The notes beneath the pieces are model-generated. The model had not been told where the DNA came from. It searched no databases and saw nothing but the letters and a program-made list of their open reading frames with translations. Shown here one piece after another: positions 25,871-36,595 of a DNA stretch of 41,867 nt. The DNA lies in NCBI GenBank assembly GCA_964425145.1, contig CAYRLQ010000002.1:1-41867 (forward strand), in the 5' to 3' direction. Numbering within the stretch: position 1 is the first letter of the stretch; each line of letters starts with the position of its first letter. Source of the stretch: an uncultured Nitrospiraceae bacterium. GTDB lineage: Bacteria > Hydrogenedentota > Hydrogenedentia > Hydrogenedentales > SLHB01. Position numbers and translations under genes: made by a program.

Positions 25871-26875
25871 ATGAGGGCCAAACTCTACACCCAGGCCGGC
25901 CCGCCGGGCCTGCGCAGCTTATTGGTGCGCGTGGCGTTCCTCTTGGGGCTGTTGGCCACAGTTGTGCTCGTGGTCTACTTCGAGGGTGGGCTGGAGGACT
26001 CGCGTACAGGCGCGCATCCGGGTTTCTGGGACTGCGTCTACTTCTCCCTGGTTACCATCACCACGGTCGGCTACGGTGACATCGTTCCAGTGGAGACCTC
26101 CTCGCGCCTGGTGGACGCCTTCCTGCTCACACCCATTCGGTTCATCATCATTTTCACCTTCCTCGGTACCGCCTACCAACTGGTTCTCAAGCGATTTCAG
26201 GAGGATTATCGCATGAAACGCGCCGTCGACAAGCTCAAGAACCACGTCATCATCTGCGGGTATGGGGCCACGGGCCGCGCAGCGGTCCAGGAACTCCTGC
26301 TCGAGGGCCGGCCGGCCAACCAAATCGTCGTCGTAGCCAGTAGCGAGACCTCGCTCAACGACGCGGCGGACTTGGGCGTGATCGCCGTCAGGGGCGACGC
26401 CACGCACGAGAACGTGTTGCAATCCGTCGCCATCGACCGCGCCGCCCACGTGCTGGTGTGCCCCGGCCGGGACGACACGGCGGTGCTGATCGCGCTGACT
26501 GCCCACGAGCTTAACCCCAATGCTCAGCTCATCGCCATGTGCCACGAGGCCGAAAACGTCAAGCAGCTCGAGCGTAGCCGCGTGCACACTGTGATTACCC
26601 CCGCGTCCGTTGGAGGAAACCTCATGGCCGCGGCGACCCGCCGCGAACACCTCGTCGAGACCCTCCAGGAGGTCCTGAGCGTCGGGGGCGCCATCCAACT
26701 GGACGAGCGCGAGGCGCAACCCGAGGAGGTCGGCAAACGACCTGGTGAAGTGGGGGGTATGGCCATCGTCCGCCTCTACCGAGGCACGCGGCACTTCGAC
26801 GTGCCCAATTTGCCCACCATCGAGTCCGGAGACATCCTGGTGTACATCGCCGCCGGGTCCGTTTCCCAGGGGTAG
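25871..26875 (+). CDS. Two-TM potassium channel with cytoplasmic RCK/TrkA-N domain
   Basis: Selectivity filter 'TTVGYGD' (26060-26080). Rossmann 'VIICGYGATGRA' of TrkA-N. 334 aa. Confidence 0.85.
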   Translation: MRAKLYTQAGPPGLRSLLVRVAFLLGLLATVVLVVYFEGGLEDSRTGAHPGFWDCVYFSLVTITTVGYGDIVPVETSSRLVDAFLLTPIRFIIIFTFLGTAYQLVLKRFQEDYRMKRAVDKLKNHVIICGYGATGRAAVQELLLEGRPANQIVVVASSETSLNDAADLGVIAVRGDATHENVLQSVAIDRAAHVLVCPGRDDTAVLIALTAHELNPNAQLIAMCHEAENVKQLERSRVHTVITPASVGGNLMAAATRREHLVETLQEVLSVGGAIQLDEREAQPEEVGKRPGEVGGMAIVRLYRGTRHFDVPNLPTIESGDILVYIAAGSVSQG

Positions 26876-26973
26876 TACTGTGATTCATAAGTTCTGCGAC
26901 GCATTCTATTAGCGTAATCACAAACGAGAATACCAACGGCGGTGGCGTTTTCAGATTCACGATTTGACGTCTG

Positions 26974-26982
26974 TGTTATACT
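26974..26982 (+). promoter_or_regulatory. Candidate extended -10 element (TGTTATACT) upstream of the atp operon
   Basis: TGnTATACT read directly. No well-spaced -35. Lies ~180 nt upstream of the atpZ ATG. Confidence 0.25.
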
Positions 26983-27130
26983 CGAAAGGGAAAACTCGGT
27001 TTCGAGGAAGCATGGAGGTGCGCCGTAGCAATGCGGGTGTTTCTCATCGTCGTTGCCCTCCTGTTGGCGGGGCAACACTTACGATGATGTTTTGGGGGCG
27101 TTTTTCATAAACACGTGTAAGAACAAGGGG

Positions 27131-27157
27131 ATATGGAGATATTGGAGATAGGGAGGA
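27131..27157 (+). repeat. Three tandem 9-mers each carrying an SD-like core (ataTGGAGA tatTGGAGA tagGGAGGA) directly upstream of the first atp gene
   Basis: Read directly. The last unit is the functional-looking SD, 4 nt before ATG 27161. Confidence 0.8.
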
Positions 27158-27160
27158 ACT

Positions 27161-27397
27161 ATGCCTAAGTCCGATAATCTGCCCGAACGGAGCGCCTTGA
27201 GCGCGCTGGCCCTGGTGGGCCAGGTGGGGTTGGTCGTGGCGCTGAGTGTTGTAGCTGGAGTGGTCGCGGGAGTGTACTTGGACCGGTTGGCTGGGACGAA
27301 CGGCAAGATCCTCGTTGGGATGGTGTTTTTGGGAATTGGATCGGGCATCTACGGTGCCTACCGGATAATTGCGAAGGAGATTCCGTGGAACCACTGA
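27161..27397 (+). CDS. atpZ: AtpZ/ATPase_gene1-like small membrane protein (putative F0F1 accessory subunit)
   Basis: 78 aa with two TM helices, 'LALVGQVGLVVALSVVAGVVAGVYLD' and 'LVGMVFLGIGSGIYGAY'. First gene of the atp operon. Confidence 0.65.
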   Translation: MPKSDNLPERSALSALALVGQVGLVVALSVVAGVVAGVYLDRLAGTNGKILVGMVFLGIGSGIYGAYRIIAKEIPWNH

Positions 27398-27771
27398 AGC
27401 GCTTTCGGCTGATGGCCGTCCGGATTGCGTTGCTGCTGACGGCGCTTGGAGGGTTCGGGACCTACAAATTCGACCCCGTGCTCGCCAAAGGTATCCTCAT
27501 AGGCGGGATCGGCGGCGTCCTGGGCTTCTGGCTGACGGCGCTATCGGTGGAAAAAGTTGCAACTATGCCGAAAAAAAAGGTAAAGTTAAGTGTTTATAAC
27601 TGGACGATTATCTGTTTACTCATTTACGGCCTGGTCCTTGGCCGCGCGTACATGTGGGACCCGGAGACCTTTCACGGGTTCTGGGGAGCGGCCGGGGGCA
27701 TTTTGATTATCCGGGCCGTGACGATCTTCCTGGGCCTGACCGGGCTCGATCTGAAGGAAGAGGGGAAATAG
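27385..27771 (+). CDS. atpI: ATP synthase protein I-like membrane protein
   Basis: 128 aa with 4 hydrophobic segments, located just before atpB. GTG start with AAGGAG 5 nt upstream. Overlaps atpZ by 13 nt. Confidence 0.55.
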   Translation: MEPLKRFRLMAVRIALLLTALGGFGTYKFDPVLAKGILIGGIGGVLGFWLTALSVEKVATMPKKKVKLSVYNWTIICLLIYGLVLGRAYMWDPETFHGFWGAAGGILIIRAVTIFLGLTGLDLKEEGK

Positions 27772-27789
27772 AATCCCAGTAGGGTTTAC

Positions 27790-28545
27790 ATGGAACAGAT
27801 TGGTGAGCGCCTGATATGGCACTATGTGCCGTTTACTGACATTCCCATTCCCCTTGGCGGAGTCAATGTCCTTACGGTTTTGAACACCCTGGTCGTCATG
27901 ATGGTTTTGTGGGTGCTCCTGGGGCTCGGGGCGCGCAAGGTTGCGCTCGTGCCCGGCCGGGGCCAGATGGCCGTGGAGATGTTTGTGGGCGCGTTCGATG
28001 GACTGGTGGCCGGTGCGCTCGAGTTCGAGAGCCGGGAGAAAAACCGCCGGTACTTTCCCTTAATTGCGGCGTTGTTCTTGTTTCTACTGCTTTGCAATTC
28101 CATGGGCTTTTTCCCCACGCGCCTTTTTGAAGAACCCACGGCCGATATTAACTGCACGCTTGCGCTGGGGTGTATGGCCATGGTGATTGCCACGTTCAGC
28201 GGGATCATGTCTAAAGGGTTGTGGGGCTACATCGCGGAACAGCTTGGCCCCATGTGGTCGCAACCCGATGCCGGCAAAGGCGCGGCTATCGCAGGCAAAC
28301 TGTCATCACTGTTTTTCTTCCCGCTTAACGTCGTCGGGGAACTAGCGAAAGTTGTCTCGATCTCATTCCGTCTCTTTGGTAACATTATCGGCGGTGGGGT
28401 TATTATCGTGGTCGTTTCGAGCCTGCTGTATTACATGGTTCTCCCTATGGGTCTGACCCTGTTCTTCACGTTTTTCGTAGGCTCCGTCCAGGCATTTGTC
28501 TTCACCATGTTGACGTTGACCTATATATCTGTTGCCATCAAGTAG
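27790..28545 (+). CDS. atpB: F0 ATP synthase subunit a
   Basis: Conserved stator arginine motif 'SISFRLFGNIIGG' and C-terminal 'QAFVFTMLTLTYI'. 251 aa. Confidence 0.92.
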   Translation: MEQIGERLIWHYVPFTDIPIPLGGVNVLTVLNTLVVMMVLWVLLGLGARKVALVPGRGQMAVEMFVGAFDGLVAGALEFESREKNRRYFPLIAALFLFLLLCNSMGFFPTRLFEEPTADINCTLALGCMAMVIATFSGIMSKGLWGYIAEQLGPMWSQPDAGKGAAIAGKLSSLFFFPLNVVGELAKVVSISFRLFGNIIGGGVIIVVVSSLLYYMVLPMGLTLFFTFFVGSVQAFVFTMLTLTYISVAIK

Positions 28546-28568
28546 TGATGCCCGCTGTGGCGTAGCAG

Positions 28569-29935
<1,367 letters not shown>

Positions 29936-29959
29936 TGATTCCAGGGCTGGTGCAACGCG

Positions 29960-30391
29960 ATGGTTGTTCTAAATCTGACACTGTTCGTAGAGCTGGCTCT
30001 CTTTCTCGTGTTCCTTTGGGTCACCAACAAGTTCATTTTCCGCCCAATCCTGCGCATGATGGACGCCCGCGAGGCAGAGGTTGCCGAGGACATGGGGGAC
30101 GCCAGCGCGGCCACCGAGGAGGCCGAGGCGCTTGAGAAGCAGTACACTACTGCTACTCGCGCTGATAAGCGCGCTGCGCGCGAGGCATATCGCCAGGCGC
30201 ATCGTGCCGCTCAGGAGCGACACGCGGCCATGCTCGCCGAGCGCAGAAAACAGGCCGATGAGGAAGTGAGCTCGGTTCGCGCAACCGCCCTGAGACAAAT
30301 GGAAATGGAGCGGGCCAAGTGTGAAATGCTCGCCCCGGACCTCGCCGATGTCATTGCCCGGCGGCTGGGCTTGGGAGACGACGACTCGTGA
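29960..30391 (+). CDS. F0 ATP synthase subunit b' (second b-type stalk subunit)
   Basis: 143 aa. A single N-terminal TM 'LFVELALFLVFLWVTNKFIFRPILRMMDAREAEV', then a long charged helix. Confidence 0.8.
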   Translation: MVVLNLTLFVELALFLVFLWVTNKFIFRPILRMMDAREAEVAEDMGDASAATEEAEALEKQYTTATRADKRAAREAYRQAHRAAQERHAAMLAERRKQADEEVSSVRATALRQMEMERAKCEMLAPDLADVIARRLGLGDDDS

Positions 30392-31137
30392 CGCCGGTCA
30401 AGCGATACCTACTGATCTTTTTCGGCATCTACATCGGTGTCGGGCTAATCGCCAACTTCCTCATGGGGCCACCGGGATTCTCGAAGGCATACCAGCAGAA
30501 GTATAAGGCCGAACACGAGCGTTACCTCGAGATCGTCAAGAGCGACGAATACAAACTGCATGCTCAGCGGCCGGCCCTCCACCCGTTCGACCCGGCGCTT
30601 ACGGCCTTCATCGAGGAATACGAGGGCCGCGAGGAGTTCAAGAGAGAAAAGCTGCGCCAGGCGCTGTACCACAACTTCTTCCAGTTCTTCACCTTTATCA
30701 TGTTGGTGGTGTTGGCTGTGCATTTCGGCCGAAAACCCCTGCTGGACTTCTTGGATGGGCAAATCGCCGACCTGCGCGTGAAGATCGATCGCGCGAAGCA
30801 GACCCGTGAGGCCGCCGCCCAACGCAAGCAAGGGGCCCAGGAAAAGATGGGCCGTCTACATGAGGAAAAGGAAGAGACCGCCCGGGAAACGGAGGCGCTC
30901 ATCGCACGGGAAAAGGCCCAGTTCGAGGACTTGACCCGGCTCACGCTGGGGCATGTTGATCGTGAAACCGAAGACCGTAAGCGCGAGGAAGAACATGCGG
31001 CGGCGCAACGCGTGAAAGAGGAATTGGTGGCCCAATCCATCGATTTGCTCGTCGAGCGGTACAAGGCCCAGGCCTCACCGCAGGTCGACCTGGCGCAGAT
31101 CGACCAGTTCATCCGCGAGGTGGAGAGGCGCACATGA
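30388..31137 (+). CDS. atpF: F0 ATP synthase subunit b with ~95-aa N-terminal extension carrying an extra TM helix
   Basis: b-like core 'FFQFFTFIMLVVLAVHFGRKPLLDFLDGQIADLRVKIDRAKQTREAA...', preceded by 'YLLIFFGIYIGVGLIANFLMG' and a charged segment. GTG start overlaps the b' stop (GTGA). Confidence 0.75.
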   Translation: MTPVKRYLLIFFGIYIGVGLIANFLMGPPGFSKAYQQKYKAEHERYLEIVKSDEYKLHAQRPALHPFDPALTAFIEEYEGREEFKREKLRQALYHNFFQFFTFIMLVVLAVHFGRKPLLDFLDGQIADLRVKIDRAKQTREAAAQRKQGAQEKMGRLHEEKEETARETEALIAREKAQFEDLTRLTLGHVDRETEDRKREEEHAAAQRVKEELVAQSIDLLVERYKAQASPQVDLAQIDQFIREVERRT

Positions 31138-31685
31138 ATAACTACCTGATCGCCGAGCGCTACGCGAAAGCCCTGAGCGCCTCTATTCCCGACCCGGGGC
31201 AACTCGACGCGGCGCTGGCCGCAGTGAGTGGCCTCAACGAACTGTATAGGGTCGAGCGCGGCCTGCGCAACACACTGGCCAATCCCGCCATCGACGTGGA
31301 CAAGCGCGCGGCGGTCCTGGCGGGGGTGCTTCGGGCCGAGCATCCGCCGCAGGTCGTGGCGCGCCTGGCCGAGGTGTTGCTGCGCCGCGGGCGGATTGCC
31401 CTACTGCCGGAGGTGGCGACCGTGTTTGCAGCGATCGTCGACGAGCGCCTCAACCGCGCTACTGGCTTGGTCACGACGACGGTGCCACTCACGGACAGCC
31501 AACAGGCACGGTTGCGGGGCGCTCTGGACACGTTTTCCGGCAAGACGGTGACCATGGAATGCGCCGTGGACCGCGAGATTCTCGGCGGGGTCGTCGCGCG
31601 TATCGGGGGCACTGTGATTGATGGAAGCCTTCGCACGCGGCTTGAGCGGATAAAGAAAGCATTGCTGGCAGAGGAGACGTCATAG
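31134..31685 (+). CDS. atpH: F1 ATP synthase subunit delta (OSCP)
   Basis: 'IAERYAKAL', '[25 protein letters not shown]'. ATGA overlap with atpF. Confidence 0.88.
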   Translation: MNNYLIAERYAKALSASIPDPGQLDAALAAVSGLNELYRVERGLRNTLANPAIDVDKRAAVLAGVLRAEHPPQVVARLAEVLLRRGRIALLPEVATVFAAIVDERLNRATGLVTTTVPLTDSQQARLRGALDTFSGKTVTMECAVDREILGGVVARIGGTVIDGSLRTRLERIKKALLAEETS

Positions 31686-31686
31686 C

Positions 31687-33210
31687 ATGAAGATCCAGGC
31701 GACGGAGATCACCGAGATCATCAAAAGGCAGATCGCCGATTACGAATCGACCGTTGAGATTGCCGAAGTCGGCACGGTGATCCAGGCCGGTGATGGCATC
31801 GCCCGCATCTTCGGCCTCGAAAAAGCCATGGCCGGAGAGTTGCTCGATTTCCCACATGGGGTGCGCGGCATGGTGCTGAATCTTGAAGAGGACAACGTCG
31901 GCGCCGTGCTGTTCGGTGAGTATGAGAAGGTCGGCGAAGGCGACCAGGTCAAGCGCACCGGGCGGATCATGTCCGTGCCGGTGGGCGAAGCAATGATTGG
32001 CCGCGTCGTGAACGCGCTCGGCGACGCCATCGATGGTCGTGGCCCGATCGAGACCACGGAGTTTAACTCGCTCGAGCGTATCGCCCCGGGCATCGTGGAC
32101 CGCCAGCCCGTCAAGGAGCCGCTCCAGACCGGGCTGAAGTGCATCGACGCGATGACGCCCATCGGGCGCGGGCAGCGCGAGTTGATCATCGGCGACCGCC
32201 AGACCGGCAAGACCGCGCTCGCCGTCGATACCATCATCAATCAAAAAGGTGGTGACGTCACTTGCATCTACGTGGCCATTGGGCAGAAGCGCTCGACCGT
32301 AGCCCGCGTCGTTGAGGTCTTTCGGGAACATGGCGCCATGGACTACACGGTTGTGGTGAGCGCCTCCGCTTCCGAGGCGGCGCCTGTGCTATACATCGCG
32401 CCGTACGTCGGCGCTGCCATCGGCGAGTACTTCCGGGACAAGGGCAAACACGCCCTATGCATTTACGACGACCTGTCCAAGCACGCGGCCGCCTATCGCC
32501 AGCTCTCCTTGCTGTTGCGGCGTCCGCCGGGGCGCGAGGCCTACCCGGGCGACGTGTTCTACCTGCACTCACGCCTGCTCGAGCGCGCCGCGAAGCTCAG
32601 CGACGAAGAGGGCGGCGGCAGCTTGACTGCCTTGCCCATTATCGAGACGCAGGCCGGGGACGTGTCGGCGTATATTCCTACGAACGTCATTTCCATCACG
32701 GATGGTCAGATATTTCTCGAAACCAGCCTGTTTTACTCCGGTGTGCGCCCGGCCATCAACGCCGGGATCAGCGTCTCGCGCGTGGGCGGCAACGCTCAGG
32801 TCAAGGCCATGAAAAAGATCGCCGGAACGTTGCGCCTCGAATTGGCGCAGTACCGCGAGCTGGCCGCCTTCGCCCAGTTCGGCAGCGAACTGGACAAGGC
32901 CACTCAGGCTCAGCTCCGTCGTGGTGAACGCCTGGTCGAGATTCTCAAGCAGGGCCAGTTCCAGCCCCTGCCGGTGGCGAGGCAAATCATCATCATCTAC
33001 GCTGCAACGAAAGATTACCTGGACAGCATCCCCGTGTCGGAGATTGACCGGTACGAGCAGGAGCTTTACACCGCTCTCGACACCAACCATAAGGAACTCA
33101 TGGATGAGCTGGAGTCGACGGGCACGCTGAGTGAGGAACTCGAGGCCAAGTTTGACGAGGTTCTCGAAGACTTCACCAAATCGTTCGAACAGAGCATCGA
33201 AGAAGGTTAG
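31687..33210 (+). CDS. atpA: F1 ATP synthase subunit alpha
   Basis: Walker A 'GDRQTGKTA', '[41 protein letters not shown]'. 507 aa. Confidence 0.98.
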   Translation: MKIQATEITEIIKRQIADYESTVEIAEVGTVIQAGDGIARIFGLEKAMAGELLDFPHGVRGMVLNLEEDNVGAVLFGEYEKVGEGDQVKRTGRIMSVPVGEAMIGRVVNALGDAIDGRGPIETTEFNSLERIAPGIVDRQPVKEPLQTGLKCIDAMTPIGRGQRELIIGDRQTGKTALAVDTIINQKGGDVTCIYVAIGQKRSTVARVVEVFREHGAMDYTVVVSASASEAAPVLYIAPYVGAAIGEYFRDKGKHALCIYDDLSKHAAAYRQLSLLLRRPPGREAYPGDVFYLHSRLLERAAKLSDEEGGGSLTALPIIETQAGDVSAYIPTNVISITDGQIFLETSLFYSGVRPAINAGISVSRVGGNAQVKAMKKIAGTLRLELAQYRELAAFAQFGSELDKATQAQLRRGERLVEILKQGQFQPLPVARQIIIIYAATKDYLDSIPVSEIDRYEQELYTALDTNHKELMDELESTGTLSEELEAKFDEVLEDFTKSFEQSIEEG

Positions 33211-33283
33211 CGTACTACGGTGAAATCCTATACAAAGCGATCGCAAGCAGGAATCTCACGCAGAGGCGCAGAGCCCGCAGCAG

Positions 33284-33313
33284 CTAACAACTAACAACCA
33301 ACAACTAACAACT
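33284..33313 (+). repeat. CA-rich heptamer tandem repeat (CTAACAA CTAACAA CCAACAA CTAACAA CT) in the atpA-atpG spacer
   Basis: Read directly. Lies in an unusually long (147 nt) spacer in an otherwise tightly packed operon. Confidence 0.9.
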
Positions 33314-33357
33314 GGGACGCTGTATGGTTCCCGCTTGTCCGAGTTAGGGATTGACAC

Positions 33358-34212
33358 ATGCCGAGTCTTCGAGATATCAAGCGCCGCATCAGCAGCGTTA
33401 AGAGCACCCAAAAGATCACGCGTGCAATGAAGATGGTCGCAGCGGCGAAATTGCGACGCGCTCAGGAGGCCATTTTGCGTACCCGGCCTTACGCGTACCA
33501 CATGCGCGATCTGGTCAACAGCCTCGCATTGCGCAGCGAGCGTGACATGCACCCACTGCTGCGGCCGGGGGGTGGCGGCAAGATCGGCATCATCGTCGTG
33601 ACCGCGGACCGCGGATTGTGCGGCGCGTTCAACTCGAACATCGTGAATGAGGCCATGCGCGTGCTCAAAGAGCGGTTTAGTGGTCGGGAGATCGAGCTCA
33701 GCGTCGTTGGCCGCAAAGGGGTCGATGCGCTGCGCCGGCGGCCCTGCACGATTCGCGCCACGCACTTGGGCATCTTCGACCGGGATGCCATGCGCGCCGC
33801 GGCCGAGATCATCGACAACGTCATCGCGGACTATGCCAAGGGCGAAACGGACGGGGTCTACTGCATTTACAACGAGTTCAAGTCCGCCATCCAGCAGCGC
33901 GTCACCCTCGAACGCCTCTTGCCGTTTGAACCAGCCGAGCCCCAGGACGGCGCCGTCATCGACTACGTGTACGAGCCCTCGGCCGGGGCGGTTTTCGACG
34001 CGCTTTTGACTAAGCACCTGCAAGTGCAGATGCATCGGGTCCTGTACGAATCGGCGGCCAGCGAACACGGTGCGCGCATGACAGCCATGGACGCGGCGAC
34101 AGAGAACGCGGCCGATGTGATCGACCGGTTGACACTGTTTTACAACCGTGCCCGGCAAGACGCCATCACCAAGGAATTGATCGAAGTGGTCAGCGGCGCA
34201 GAGGCGCTCTAA
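33358..34212 (+). CDS. atpG: F1 ATP synthase subunit gamma
   Basis: 'MPSLRDIKRRISSVKSTQKITRAMKMVAAAKLRRAQ' and C-terminal 'NRARQDAITKELIEVVSGAEAL'. Confidence 0.95.
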   Translation: MPSLRDIKRRISSVKSTQKITRAMKMVAAAKLRRAQEAILRTRPYAYHMRDLVNSLALRSERDMHPLLRPGGGGKIGIIVVTADRGLCGAFNSNIVNEAMRVLKERFSGREIELSVVGRKGVDALRRRPCTIRATHLGIFDRDAMRAAAEIIDNVIADYAKGETDGVYCIYNEFKSAIQQRVTLERLLPFEPAEPQDGAVIDYVYEPSAGAVFDALLTKHLQVQMHRVLYESAASEHGARMTAMDAATENAADVIDRLTLFYNRARQDAITKELIEVVSGAEAL

Positions 34213-35622
<1,410 letters not shown>

Positions 35623-35624
35623 GC

Positions 35625-36041
35625 ATGGCGGAGGAGGTCATCCAGGTCGAGCTCTGTGCACCGGAATGCGACCCCGATCACCTCGAAGTGACCGAGATCA
35701 TCATGCCCGGCGCGGCCGGCGTGTTCGCCGTCTTACCGGACCACACCCCCATGCTGACGACGCTGGTACCGGGCGTAGTCGTCGCCTACTCAACCGACGG
35801 TCAGGAGCACCATTACGCCGTCAGTAGCGGCTTTGCGGAAGTCCTCGACAATAGGGTTATCGTTCTGAGCCAGACCCTCGAAAAGGGCGATGAAATCGAC
35901 GTCCAGCGCGCCCAAGCCGCCCGCGACCGCGCAAAACAGCGACTCAGCCATCCCTCCGAAGACATCGACGTGGCCCGTGCCGAACTCGCGCTCCAGCGCG
36001 CCCTGGCCCGCCTCCAGGCACATACGCGCGAGGGGTATTAG
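35625..36041 (+). CDS. atpC: F1 ATP synthase subunit epsilon
   Basis: 138 aa with a beta-sandwich plus C-terminal helical hairpin pattern. Starts 2 nt after the atpD stop. Confidence 0.9.
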   Translation: MAEEVIQVELCAPECDPDHLEVTEIIMPGAAGVFAVLPDHTPMLTTLVPGVVVAYSTDGQEHHYAVSSGFAEVLDNRVIVLSQTLEKGDEIDVQRAQAARDRAKQRLSHPSEDIDVARAELALQRALARLQAHTREGY

Positions 36042-36097
36042 CCTGAATGTCTCATCACTGCTGTCCCCATTTAACATTTAGCAGACTCTTGGCGACT

Positions 36098-36149
36098 TTG
36101 CGGCTTGGCGTGAGCATGCAGAACATCACGCAAAGACGCCAGGCCGCAA
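36098..36149 (+). terminator. Strong stem-loop (14-bp stem incl. one G-U, 24-nt loop) 57 nt after atpC; possible 3'-end / terminator structure without U-tract
   Basis: TTGCGGCTTGGCGT (36098-36111) pairs with ACGCCAGGCCGCAA (36136-36149). No T-run follows on either strand. Confidence 0.3.
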
Positions 36150-36305
36150 AGAATGAGGGCCCTTATTGCGCCCTCGCGCTTCTTGCCCTTCATCCAAGCC
36201 GGTCGCGCCCCAAAATTCGCCGACTCGGGGATGGGAAATAACAGGTGAATGTCCCCATTCAATCATTCAAGCTTCAATCCCGTTCGAAGAGATGGCCTGT
36301 GCGTT

Positions 36306-36494
36306 TCAAGGCCGGGCACGGTGCCCCGTGTCTCCTTGGCGCGGGCGATGCTGCTCCTGAAGCGATTCCTGTCGGCGCCGGCGCCAGTACGCCAGTTCCT
36401 CTTCCAGCGTCATGCCCTTGGTCGCTTCGTAAATCCGCAGCGCCCCTTCGTGCATCATCTCCACACAGTCAAAGGTCTTGGTCTTCGTTTTCAT
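36306..36494 (-). CDS. Small hypothetical protein (62 aa), helical
   Basis: 'MKTKTKTFDCVEMMHEGALRIYEATKGMTLEEELAYWRRRRQESLQEQH...'. I prefer the internal ATG (36494) over the ORF-track start. Lies downstream of gltS on the same strand. I cannot assign a family. Confidence 0.4.
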   Translation of the reverse strand: MKTKTKTFDCVEMMHEGALRIYEATKGMTLEEELAYWRRRRQESLQEQHRPRQGDTGHRARP

Positions 36495-36595
36495 AGCGCA
36501 CCATCTCTTGCGGCGTGTGGATGGCCACCGGGCCGAATCCTTGCGCCAGGTTGACGCCATTATATAGCGGAATCTTCTCAACATAACAACTGCCC

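Noticed and set aside
27127-27141. Shared 15-mer GGGGAT(A/G)TGGAGATA upstream of the atp operon (27127-27141) and in the gltS/M24 spacer (38279-38293), as a possible common operator
   Set aside because: My rough estimate is that on the order of a hundred 14/15 matches between two arbitrary positions are expected by chance in ~84 kb of two-strand sequence. With only two copies this cannot be separated from coincidence. The local repeats are reported separately.
36071-36262. 63-aa minus-strand ORF and 64-aa plus-strand ORFs in the atpC-downstream spacer
   Set aside because: No SD and no recognisable protein-like pattern. They overlap the strong stem-loop at 36098-36149. More likely a non-coding 3' region.
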